DNA of 64,000 bases from Candidatus Uhrbacteria bacterium (GCA_023246355.1 JAHFIQ010000001.1:350247-414246), one strand, 5' to 3'. Positions 39,194 through 48,996 are shown, numbered from the stretch's first letter. Notes: generated by a model from the letters alone, not told the origin. Translations and numbers: made by a program.

Positions 39194-39885
39194 TCAGCAT
39201 TGCTCGTCATCACACCGTGTTTGATCCCAGGACCTTTGAGGAGAATCGGGTTGACGTGATTGGTGCCGGTGCGCTAGGATCCCGGCTGACCTTGGAACTT
39301 GCCAGGCTCGGGATTCAGGAAATTCATGTCTGGGACTTCGACAAAGTTTCGGACGTGAATCTTGCCAACCAGGCCTATGCCAGGAAGGATGTGGGCATGC
39401 CAAAGGTTCAGGCTCTCGCTCGTTTGGTGCTGGAGCACACCGGTGGTCATGTTGTTGCCCATGAAGAGGCTTGCACGGGAGAATCAGAATTGGGAGAGGT
39501 CGTCTTTCTCATGACTGATTCCCTTGTCTCGCGCCGTGAGGTCTTTGCGGGAGCTCTCAGGTTCAACCTCGTAACCCGGCGCCTCATCGAGGCGCGTCTG
39601 GGAATCGATCAGGGTCGGGTGTATTCACTCGATCCCAACCAGAGTGCCGATGTTGACGCCTACGCGCCGACCTTGAACGGCATCGCCAAGTTGGCGGTCA
39701 ATCCGTGTGGCTCTCCGATTTCCATCGGCGCCACAGCCGGCATGGCCGTCGCTCTTGCTACCTGGATGTTCATCCGATGGTGGGGAAAGGAACAAGATCA
39801 GACATCGACAGATGAACTGGAGAACGAAGTGGTTTTCGCCCTGCACCCTGTGATGGTCATGGGGAGCAGTTTCAACCAAACGTGA
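39190..39885 (+). CDS. E1-like ThiF/MoeB-family adenylyltransferase
   Basis: VDVIGAGALGSRLTLELARLG nucleotide-binding loop, WDFDKVSDVNLANQ (the D-x-D...N-L-x-x-Q ThiF signature), MPKVQALARLVLE. 232 aa, the size of a stand-alone MoeB/ThiF. Confidence 0.85.
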   Translation: MISIARHHTVFDPRTFEENRVDVIGAGALGSRLTLELARLGIQEIHVWDFDKVSDVNLANQAYARKDVGMPKVQALARLVLEHTGGHVVAHEEACTGESELGEVVFLMTDSLVSRREVFAGALRFNLVTRRLIEARLGIDQGRVYSLDPNQSADVDAYAPTLNGIAKLAVNPCGSPISIGATAGMAVALATWMFIRWWGKEQDQTSTDELENEVVFALHPVMVMGSSFNQT

Positions 39886-39915
39886 GTGGGCGATCACACA
39901 AAGACAGGAGTGGTC

Positions 39916-40185
39916 ATGGCAGGCAAGGATAAGGCGGGAGCGAAGAAGGCAGAAGCGAAGAAGGCGGAAGGCGGCAAGATCAGCCTCCAGGTGTTCCCTG
40001 GCAGGCGTGTGCAAGTGGACATCGAAGAGGGCGTCCCCTTCACCCTGGCCAAGCTGCTGGAACAGGAGGGCTTGGATGCGGCGCAGACGACCGTCAAGGT
40101 CAACGGTGAGGATGTCGCCGATCTCGAGCGTGTGCTCGTAAGCGGCGACAGCGTCGTTCTTCTCGAGAACGTCGAGGGCGGCTAG
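39916..40185 (+). CDS. Ubiquitin-like beta-grasp protein (ThiS/MoaD-like) ending in Gly-Gly
   Basis: ...KISLQVFPGRRVQVDIEEGVPFTLAKLLEQ...VKVNGEDVADLERVLVSGDSVVLLENVEGG followed by a stop codon, so the GG is exposed. N-terminal Lys/Ala-rich tail MAGKDKAGAKKAEAKKAEGGK. aggag RBS before ATG 39916. Confidence 0.8.
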   Translation: MAGKDKAGAKKAEAKKAEGGKISLQVFPGRRVQVDIEEGVPFTLAKLLEQEGLDAAQTTVKVNGEDVADLERVLVSGDSVVLLENVEGG

Positions 40186-40258
40186 GTCGCAGGGAACGAA
40201 AAACGGCGGGGCGCTTGTGGACGATCCGCGAGCCCCCGTTTTTACTTGAGGGAGGGTG

Positions 40259-41392
40259 ATGGTCATGAAAATCACGTTTGTCGGAAAGACACGATGGGAA
40301 CGGGCAAGGGAGGAACTCACCTCTAACATCCGGGAACACTTGTTTCCGGTCGTCCATAAGGACGTGGTCGTACATTTCCCCATGGAGGAATCAGAGCCTC
40401 ACGGCATTGAGCCCATGGATGGATTGCTCGAGGCGTCAGGGGCATTTCACTTGTTTCTCTTCGGGAGGTTTCTTCCCGGGTCTCACATTCTGAGCTCTCA
40501 AAGGTGGGGTTCCTACCGTACTGTGCTTGACGGAACACCCGTTGGATTTCCCATCTTCGTGCATGGAAGCCAGACGCCGATCGCTGAGTGGATAGGGAAT
40601 GTTGTCTGCTTGCGACTTCGAATGCAATACAGTGACGACTCACCCTATTCCCTCTGGGGCGAATTCGTTCGCTCTACCGCACAGACTCTGAGGAGTGCAC
40701 AGGGAGCAGATCCATCGCCTGTGGAGGGAGTAGGTTCAATCGCTCAGGCGTTGATGCCTTCTTCTTGGGCAGAGGAATGCAAGAAATGGCAGGCTCAATT
40801 TGACAACAGAGAAGGGAGAAGGGCTGACGCACTTAAACTCTTCCATCGTGCGACCGAAGAGGCCGCGCGTTTCGCTGCTCGAGTGCGTGAACAAACGGAA
40901 CAGGCGTTCGATACAAGTGAGTTCCAGGCCGAACTCGATCGTCTACGGGCGCATCCACTTTTTGATGACGCGTACTTTGTCCGAAACGGAGATCCTTCCG
41001 ACACAGACATTAAGTCTCCCGCGTTTGTGGTGAGGACCAAGGCCGTCGTCGTGAAGGTCAAAGCGCTCAACAGCGACGCCATGGAAGAGCGCCTGATCGG
41101 ACGATTCGAGATTTCCATTCCTCTTGATCCAAACCATGATTGGGGGGACTGCGTGCATTTTTACAACCTCGATCGATTGGTCGCCAATCAGCATGGTCCG
41201 CACATTGATGCAGATGGCTGTCCCTGCTTTGGCACAGGAACGTCGACCGTCGATAGGCTCTATGGGGAGGGACGCATCGCAGAGCTCGTCAAGTTCTGTC
41301 TTCACTACCTCACGCGAGTCAACACGGACGATCAGTGGGGGGAGAATATCCACAAGTGGCCCTTGGTTCAGGAAGCTCATCCTTCAAGCTAA
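40259..41392 (+). CDS. Protein with C-terminal UBC/E2-like domain and ~230-aa N-terminal extension of unknown function
   Basis: C-terminal beta-strands (AFVVRTKAVVVKVKAL, LIGRFEISIP, CVHFYN) followed by NQHGPHIDADGCPCFGTG, which fits the UBC HP(N/H)(I/V)-x4-G-C active-site pattern; a helix follows (RIAELVKFCLHYL). gagggaggg RBS. Assigned from the motif alone. Confidence 0.5.
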   Translation: MVMKITFVGKTRWERAREELTSNIREHLFPVVHKDVVVHFPMEESEPHGIEPMDGLLEASGAFHLFLFGRFLPGSHILSSQRWGSYRTVLDGTPVGFPIFVHGSQTPIAEWIGNVVCLRLRMQYSDDSPYSLWGEFVRSTAQTLRSAQGADPSPVEGVGSIAQALMPSSWAEECKKWQAQFDNREGRRADALKLFHRATEEAARFAARVREQTEQAFDTSEFQAELDRLRAHPLFDDAYFVRNGDPSDTDIKSPAFVVRTKAVVVKVKALNSDAMEERLIGRFEISIPLDPNHDWGDCVHFYNLDRLVANQHGPHIDADGCPCFGTGTSTVDRLYGEGRIAELVKFCLHYLTRVNTDDQWGENIHKWPLVQEAHPSS

Positions 41393-41396
41393 CGCA

Positions 41397-41425
41397 CACG
41401 GTCCCAGCGGCCGTGTTTTCTTTTT
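41397..41425 (+). terminator. Intrinsic terminator closing the Ubl operon
   Basis: Stem cacggtc...gccgtg (7 bp including a G-U pair), loop ccagc, then ttttcttttt. Confidence 0.7.
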
Positions 41426-41455
41426 GGGGTCATTCCATTAAAATAGGGAACAATT

Positions 41456-41938
41456 ATGCACGAAGCTCGCATTATCATGGGATTGGATCCAGGCTATGGA
41501 CGCATGGGGTTTGGGGTCATTGTCGTTGAAGGATCAAACATGGAACTGGTCGACTACGGCGTGATCACCACAACCAGTGGCGATGCGTTTGAAAATCGAT
41601 TGCTCCATATCGGCAATGACCTTCATGATTTATTTGCGCACCACGAGCCTCACGCGGTTGCAATTGAAAAACTTTTTTTTGGAAAAAGTTCTACGACCGC
41701 GATGAACGTGGCCCATGCCCGCGGTGTGGCCCTTCTCATGGCAGCACAATCTGGATGTCCGGTGTTTGAGTTCACACCAGCGCAAGTAAAAAAAGCCATT
41801 ACCGGAGACGGCAAGGCTCCCAAGATGGCCATGCAAAAAATGGTGATGCAACTGCTTGCTCTTCCCAAAATTCCCAAACCCGACGATGCCGCCGACGCGC
41901 TGGCGGTCGCGATCACAGCGAGTACGAAGAGGTGGTAA
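41456..41938 (+). CDS. ruvC: Crossover junction endodeoxyribonuclease RuvC
   Basis: IIMGLDPGYGRMGFGVI (first catalytic Asp), ...AIEKLFFGKS... (Glu), ...PKPDDAADALAVAI (C-terminal Asp). Confidence 0.9.
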   Translation: MHEARIIMGLDPGYGRMGFGVIVVEGSNMELVDYGVITTTSGDAFENRLLHIGNDLHDLFAHHEPHAVAIEKLFFGKSSTTAMNVAHARGVALLMAAQSGCPVFEFTPAQVKKAITGDGKAPKMAMQKMVMQLLALPKIPKPDDAADALAVAITASTKRW

Positions 41939-41982
41939 AAGAACGATTGCTTTTTTTCTTCGCTGCGTTATAGTGTAGGTGT

Positions 41983-42330
41983 ATGGAAAAAAATGAGAAA
42001 GAAGTCACTACGAGTGAAATCATGGAGTATCTTCAGGGAGACCTGATGGGTTTTTTGCAGGAGCACATGGTGACTCAGGAAGAATTCAAGGCCCTCGATA
42101 ACAAACTTGATGGTTTGAGTGTTAAATTGAATCAAACGAAGTTTGAGTTGCTCGATGCTATGGACGAAAAGATAGCAACTTTGAAAGGTGATTTAGTTGT
42201 CCTTATGCGTGGTGAAGATAAGAAACTGTCTGTATTGGTGGAAGTGCTGGCGGCGAAAAATGTCTTAAGTCGCGACGAGGCTCAGTCGATTCTTGCCATG
42301 CAACCTTTTCCACAAATGACGCGTTCATAA
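41983..42330 (+). CDS. Hypothetical coiled-coil protein
   Basis: 115-aa ORF of host-like GC with heptad-like periodicity (LDGLSVKLNQTKFELLDAMDEKIATLKGDL). Confidence 0.4.
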   Translation: MEKNEKEVTTSEIMEYLQGDLMGFLQEHMVTQEEFKALDNKLDGLSVKLNQTKFELLDAMDEKIATLKGDLVVLMRGEDKKLSVLVEVLAAKNVLSRDEAQSILAMQPFPQMTRS

Positions 42331-42345
42331 AATATCCAAATGCAC

Positions 42346-42380
42346 AAAAAAAAATCACCCCGAAGTGGGGTGATTTTTTT
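42346..42380. terminator. Bidirectional intrinsic terminator between convergent genes
   Basis: A-run, 8-bp stem atcacccc/ggggtgat with loop gaagt, then T-run. Confidence 0.7.
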
Positions 42381-43143
42381 ATGAGAGCTTCGAGGAAAGC
42401 GTTCCCCAAAGTTGTTCGAAAATGACTCGGTGAAAGTCTGCGAATTCTTTCGATTCAATAATGATAGCCATTTTTTCCTTCCAGGAGGCAACAAGGATTT
42501 TGTTGTTGTAAATGTTGATCTCAGGAGTGAACGTTTCACCTTGGGGAAGAAATCGTGTGGCACGCATTTCAGCTTGATCAAGTTTTGTGCGCTCGATGGA
42601 GACGGCATTTCGTGGAAAAATGGCTCTGATGTACACACCCTTGGCCGCGCGACGTTTGTAGTAGGTTGGAAAGAAGTTTGGTAATGCTTCGTGAACGGTT
42701 TCGACGTTTGCGTAAGCCAGGATTGGTTGCTTAGACGTAAGAGTGTCCTCATAGGCCTCACGCATCCCTTTCTCTCCTTCGTAAAATTGGACTCTCGGCT
42801 TACTTGTAGCCTTGTTTTGAAGTGAGACGAGCTGAGGAATCAGATGTTTGATCTGATTTTTTTGCTTGGTGAGTCGTTCTGTTGTGTTTTCAATCTCACG
42901 ATCAACGTAACTGAGTAGCCGACCAGGATCAAGCGCTCCAAAGTACGTTTGGGATCCTTTTTTGTACTGATTCACCACTCCCTTTTTAAGGAGCAAACCA
43001 AGGATATCGTAAACGGTCGTTCTGTTCACGTCTGCCTTTTTGGCAATTTCTCCCGCTTTTGCGCTCCCAAGTTCCAGGAGGGTCATGTAGATGACCGTTT
43101 CCTTTGATGTGAAGCCAAGTTCTTTGAGGATTTCTTTTAGCAT
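42379..43143 (-). CDS. TrmB-family transcriptional regulator
   Basis: N-terminal winged HTH LKELGFTSKETVIYMTLLELGSAKAGEIAKKADVNRTTVYDILGLLLKKGVV typical of TrmB, plus a C-terminal sensor domain. Confidence 0.75.
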   Translation of the reverse strand: MLKEILKELGFTSKETVIYMTLLELGSAKAGEIAKKADVNRTTVYDILGLLLKKGVVNQYKKGSQTYFGALDPGRLLSYVDREIENTTERLTKQKNQIKHLIPQLVSLQNKATSKPRVQFYEGEKGMREAYEDTLTSKQPILAYANVETVHEALPNFFPTYYKRRAAKGVYIRAIFPRNAVSIERTKLDQAEMRATRFLPQGETFTPEINIYNNKILVASWKEKMAIIIESKEFADFHRVIFEQLWGTLSSKLS

Positions 43144-43342
43144 ATTGAAAATTTGTCGAAATAGTTACAACACTTTATTTATATCATTTTAGAGAAAATT
43201 TGGCAAGTTTTGCCAGTGACTGTCCTGGTGTATCTCGACATAAAGTGAAAAAAGTCGTATGATTGTTTTCTTAAGAATGAACGTTATCGGGGCTCCTGCT
43301 CCCGCTCGGTGATGCATAGCCGAGTGGGAGGAGGAAAAATCA

Positions 43343-44677
43343 ATGCCCAACTCAAAAACCCTCTTGATTCAACTGCGATACCCCCATGGTGGCAAATCAC
43401 AGGCCTACTTGCCTGGTGGCATGCTGAATTTCGCGAGCCGTCTGATCGTGGCAGGCGTGGATGTACGTCTTGTCGATCTCAATCTCGACGAGCTTTCCAT
43501 GGCGGATATCATCTGGGCACAGACCATCTGTATCAGTGTGCTAGGAACGCCCTATATTCCATCCGCGATCCGTCTGGTAGAAGAATTGAGGACACGAGGC
43601 TTCACAGGAAAGATTCTCGTGGGTGGTCAAGGTGTTGAGCGGTTTAACCAAGCCGCGTTCGATCGACTGTTTTCTCAGAATGCGATTCAGGCTCATGAGC
43701 AGATGGATCTGCAGGCGATCTTCGGTGCTGAGCTTCCAACACTGCAGGAAGTCTCCATGGTTCCAGCTCTCAAACTTCTCTGCGAAGAACGGCGTGCTCT
43801 TTACCTCTCACAGGAATTCCCGCTCTATCTGTCGCAGGGTTGCAGATTCAGCTGTAATTTTTGTGCAGCAGCAAAGGATCGGCCCGAACGTTACCGTCTG
43901 AAGGAAGCGTTTGAGGGTGAACTCAACTACATCATCTCTGAGCTCATAAGGATTGATGTGTATCGACTGGAAGTTTACATCTCCAATCTTGATGCGTTTC
44001 AAAATCCCGTTCAGCTTGAGCGGATGCTCGAGATGATTCATGATCGCTGTAAGCGCTCTGGGATCGAGGTGCATGTAAGGTGTCTTTCGACCATGGCGAT
44101 GTTCGCGTTTGCTGCACGTAAGGATCCTGAATTGCCAGCGCGACTGAAGTCCTATGGTCTGAGAATCATCGCCTTTGGTGCCGACGGTGGCGACAAGCGT
44201 GTCTGGGCTCGCATGGGCAAGCGCCACAACTCGCTCAAAACGCTCGAGGAAGCTGTGAAGTCCGCGCAGGCCGCTGGGTACCAAGTCGAGATCCTCATGG
44301 TGATTGGCTTTCGTGATGATGATGCCTTGGCGATGTATCGTGCGCTCAGGCTCAGCTTGTACTGGGCAAAACGCGGGTGCATTCTGCGGCCCTATCTTGG
44401 CAAACCCCCCATCGACCACATGGAGTGGGAAGAGCTCAAGCAGTATGTTGAGAGCCCGGATCTGATCGTGAATCTCGACTATGCCGCGTTCGGATCGAGG
44501 AGTACTCATCCCAATGGTCGACAACGACTCATGGTCAACGCAACGTATCTCGCTGTGATGGCAGCGCTCACACCTTTTGGACTCAACACGACGTTCCCGA
44601 TTCTCCCTCTTGAGGGGTCGCGTGTTCGCCGCGCACTCGCGCACACCGTCAACCGGTTCATGCCAGCTGATCGTTAG
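43343..44677 (+). CDS. B12-binding-domain radical SAM protein
   Basis: N-terminal Rossmann-like (cobalamin-binding-type) region, then SQGCRFSCNFCAA, which matches CxxxCxxC. Confidence 0.7.
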   Translation: MPNSKTLLIQLRYPHGGKSQAYLPGGMLNFASRLIVAGVDVRLVDLNLDELSMADIIWAQTICISVLGTPYIPSAIRLVEELRTRGFTGKILVGGQGVERFNQAAFDRLFSQNAIQAHEQMDLQAIFGAELPTLQEVSMVPALKLLCEERRALYLSQEFPLYLSQGCRFSCNFCAAAKDRPERYRLKEAFEGELNYIISELIRIDVYRLEVYISNLDAFQNPVQLERMLEMIHDRCKRSGIEVHVRCLSTMAMFAFAARKDPELPARLKSYGLRIIAFGADGGDKRVWARMGKRHNSLKTLEEAVKSAQAAGYQVEILMVIGFRDDDALAMYRALRLSLYWAKRGCILRPYLGKPPIDHMEWEELKQYVESPDLIVNLDYAAFGSRSTHPNGRQRLMVNATYLAVMAALTPFGLNTTFPILPLEGSRVRRALAHTVNRFMPADR

Positions 44678-44761
44678 TGAAGAGATTTGTAACTGACAGC
44701 TCGTACGAGGGCTGTTTTTCAATTGAGATCGTAAAAAATCTCCCAGGCGGGAGAGTCGGTG

Positions 44762-45622
44762 TCACTCATCAGGAAATGGATTCAGCAGTTCCTCCAGAAG
44801 CGCCATGCGGACGTAGAGTCCGTTTTGTGCTTGGCGGAAGTATGCCGCGCGTGGGTCCTCATCAAACCAGGTGGGGATCTCGGAGTTTCTCGGAAGTGGA
44901 TGCATGACCACCGTGTCGATCTTCATGGCTGCCACCAGTTCAGGAGTCAGCGCGTAGCTACTCCCGTCCAGGGCGATTCCACCCAGATCTTCAAACCGTT
45001 CCTTTTGGACACGCGTCATGTAGATCACGTCTGCTGTGGACGCGACTTCCTGAAGCGTACCGTATTCATGCACCGTACACCCTGCGGCGATGAGCTCTTG
45101 GAGAAGACGTTCGGGAAGACGCAGACCGTCAGGTGAGACAAAGCTCATGCACGTGCCGTACATGGCAAGGAGCCGAGCAAGGGAGTGAACCGTGCGGCCA
45201 TGTTTCAGGTCGCCGACGAACACCACATGCTGCTTGGCTGGATCCCCACACTCTTCCAGGATGGTGAACAGGTCCAGAAGCGCTTGGGTGGGATGCTCCC
45301 CAGGACCGTCTCCGGCGTTGATCACGGGCACGGTGCTGGCCGCTGCCGCAATCGCTGCGCTCCCGTCATCGAAATGACGAAGCACGATCACATCCAGATA
45401 ACAGCACAGCGTTCGGATGGAATCAGGGAGGGATTCGCCCTTTTGGGCGCTGGAGAAGACCCCGGCGTTTTCTGTGGTGATCACGTTCCCTCCCAGGCGT
45501 AGCATCGACGCCTCAAAGGAGAAACGTGTACGCGTCGAGGGTTCGAAGAAGACCGCTCCCATGATCCGGTTTGCGAGGATCGAGCATTGACCACGTTTGA
45601 CGATGCCACGCATTTCGCGCAC
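44762..45622 (-). CDS. pyrB: Aspartate carbamoyltransferase catalytic subunit (N-terminus probably longer than the ORF call)
   Basis: FFEPSTRTRFSFE, ...HPTQALLD, ...HPLPR. The in-frame upstream extension encodes ...HVLSVRQFDKTRIDRLFAR, matching the ATCase N-terminal helix, but no ATG, GTG or TTG precedes it (see findings). Confidence 0.8.
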   Translation of the reverse strand: MREMRGIVKRGQCSILANRIMGAVFFEPSTRTRFSFEASMLRLGGNVITTENAGVFSSAQKGESLPDSIRTLCCYLDVIVLRHFDDGSAAIAAAASTVPVINAGDGPGEHPTQALLDLFTILEECGDPAKQHVVFVGDLKHGRTVHSLARLLAMYGTCMSFVSPDGLRLPERLLQELIAAGCTVHEYGTLQEVASTADVIYMTRVQKERFEDLGGIALDGSSYALTPELVAAMKIDTVVMHPLPRNSEIPTWFDEDPRAAYFRQAQNGLYVRMALLEELLNPFPDE

Positions 45623-45779
45623 GCGCGCGAACAGTCTGTCGATTCTCGTTTTGTCGAATTGTCTGACACTCAGGACATGCTGGATGGGGGCATGGTTCTC
45701 TCAGGTTCCAAGGGAAGCCTACTCAATTACAGACGTCTTGCCAAGCAAGAGAGTTTGAGGCATTATTGCACGCGTAACT

Positions 45780-45854
45780 GCGGGTATCGTATAGCGGTTA
45801 TTATCTCAGTTTTCCAAACTGATGATGCGGGTTCGACTCCCGCTACCCGCTCCA
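45780..45854 (+). tRNA. tRNA-Gly(TCC)
   Basis: Acceptor gcgggta/tacccgc, anticodon loop ttTCCaa, T-arm gcggg-ttcgact-cccgc, encoded CCA. Closely resembles Bacillus-type tRNA-Gly(UCC). Confidence 0.85.
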
Positions 45855-45855
45855 T

Positions 45856-45931
45856 CGGGACGTAGCTCAGTAGGTAGAGCGCCTGGTTTGGGACCAGGAG
45901 GCCGCAGGTTCGAGCCCTGTCGTCCCGACCA
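45856..45931 (+). tRNA. tRNA-Pro(TGG)
   Basis: Acceptor cgggacg/cgtcccg, D-arm gctc-agtaggta-gagc, anticodon stem cctgg/ccagg with loop ttTGGga (G37), T-arm gcagg-ttcgagc-cctgt, encoded CCA. Separated from tRNA-Gly by 1 nt. Confidence 0.85.
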
Positions 45932-45967
45932 CAGCACACGGTGATCCAAGCCGTGTTTTGTGTTATC

Positions 45968-46507
45968 ATGAAGATCTGGAAATCTTTTATGGACGAAACA
46001 AAAAAGGGCTTCACTTTTATTGAACTCATCGTCATTCTGGCCATCGTAGGATTGTTGGTCGCGTTTGTATTTGTCGCTCTCAATCCTACAGATCGACTGG
46101 AGCAAGCACATGATGCTGTTCGGCAAACGGACGTTGAAAAAATCTTGTCTGCCTTGGAAGCCTATCAGGCAGATCATGAGGGAAGCGATCTTCCGACGGT
46201 TTCTGCGCTTGAGAATGAGAATGTCTACATGATTGTTGATGGTGCGATGGCAGTGGGGTGCGATGACCAGAATGCCGCGTGCGATACATCGGTGACGGAC
46301 GATACGGCATGTGTGGATCTGGGTGAACTTGCGGATACGTACTTGTCGGTCGTGCCCGTCAGTCCCTCTGGTCATGTAACCTGGGATCACGGTTCAGTCG
46401 ATGGCGATACAGGGACTGGGTATACCTTGCAAACACAGGAGGGCGGTGTGATCCACATCCGTGCCTGTGAGTCAGAGGCCACGACCGAGATTGAAGCCTC
46501 AAGATAA
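45968..46507 (+). CDS. Type IV pilin / pseudopilin (prepilin-type N-terminal cleavage/methylation domain)
   Basis: KKGFTFIELIVILAIVGLLVAFVFVALNP: class III leader, G-F-T-x-x-E, hydrophobic helix. C-terminal region has four Cys (possible disulfide loops). Start refined to ATG 45968. Confidence 0.75.
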   Translation: MKIWKSFMDETKKGFTFIELIVILAIVGLLVAFVFVALNPTDRLEQAHDAVRQTDVEKILSALEAYQADHEGSDLPTVSALENENVYMIVDGAMAVGCDDQNAACDTSVTDDTACVDLGELADTYLSVVPVSPSGHVTWDHGSVDGDTGTGYTLQTQEGGVIHIRACESEATTEIEASR

Positions 46508-46589
46508 AGTACAAACAAATCGCCCTTAAAAGAGGGCGATTTTTGTATTGCCAAGCGTTTAGCGATTTGATATATTAATCGCGCTTTAC

Positions 46590-46666
46590 GGGCGTGTAGC
46601 TCAGGTGGTTAGAGCGTTACACTGATAATGTAAAGGTCGATGGTTCGAGTCCATCCACGCCCACCA
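46590..46666 (+). tRNA. tRNA-Ile(GAT)
   Basis: Acceptor gggcgtg/cacgccc, D-arm gctc-aggtggtta-gagc, anticodon stem ttaca/tgtaa with loop ctGATaa, T-arm gatgg-ttcgagt-ccatc, encoded CCA. Confidence 0.85.
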
Positions 46667-46699
46667 GTCGACATCCAAAATTGGATGTCTATCATTCGC

Positions 46700-46774
<75 letters not shown>

Positions 46775-46803
46775 AAAGATGCGAGTAAGAAAAACACCCG
46801 CCG

Positions 46804-46832
46804 TTCAGGCGCGTGTTTTTTCGTTTCCAAAT
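46804..46832 (+). terminator. Putative intrinsic terminator after the tRNA-Ile/tRNA-Phe pair
   Basis: Stem acacccgcc/ggcgcgtgt (one mismatch), loop gttca, followed by tttttt. Confidence 0.5.
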
Positions 46833-47054
46833 CTTACCCACTGTGTGATTGCAACGTGCTATTCCAGCTTTCAATCTTTCAATTGAACTGTCCTGATCAA
46901 ACCTTGTCGTTAAGAAACGACAAGGTCTGGTTGCTTCGCCTCGCTCGGAAGTGATCGAGCAAGCTCGACACTTCTCTCACTTCGGCTCGCAATCAAACTG
47001 TTTGATCTCGACCTAGGATCTGTCTTCAACCGAGGTTGAAGAGATATCCCTAAA

Positions 47055-48553
<1,499 letters not shown>

Positions 48554-48842
48554 AATTTGACGATACTCCGGATGGGGTACCATCAAACTCTGATATTTTT
48601 GTAAGGAATGTACGTTGCAATCACACAATAGATAAGGTTGTGTGATCATTTGGTAGATTTGGTTTGGTTCAGTTGTAAGGATCGCGCAAAGCCACATTTT
48701 AAAACCCTCTTGAGCCTAAGCTCAGGAGAGCTTCACCGGACTCGTTCACTTGTAACTTGCGGCAGCATTGTAGGAAAAGCCCAGAATAGTGTCAAGGACG
48801 GTGACGGGTGGGTTGGGGAAAGGCCGTGGATAGCTTGATTGA

Positions 48843-48871
48843 TTGACAAAGACGCCTATTTTCAGTATGAT
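48843..48871 (+). promoter_or_regulatory. Sigma70-like promoter (TTGACA-17-TATGAT)
   Basis: Exact -35 consensus, 17-nt spacer, and a -10 TATGAT. It lies 125 nt upstream of the KH-domain gene. Confidence 0.4.
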
Positions 48872-48996
48872 TTATCTGTTCCTGACTTTCGTCTCTGGCG
48901 CGCAGTCCATGCCGCGGGTCGACAGACAAGACGGGGTCAAGATACAGAAAATAAGGTGATAGGGAAACCTATTAGCCAATTAAAGATGCAACTGAT

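Noticed and set aside
39190-40185. Considered that E1 and Ubl are simply a ThiF/ThiS or MoeB/MoaD sulfur-carrier pair for thiamine or molybdopterin synthesis
   Set aside because: No thiG/thiH/thiE or moaE/moaA partners are present. Instead the pair is embedded with a JAMM peptidase and a UBC-motif protein in a horizontally acquired island. Not fully excluded; see would_refute for the main finding.
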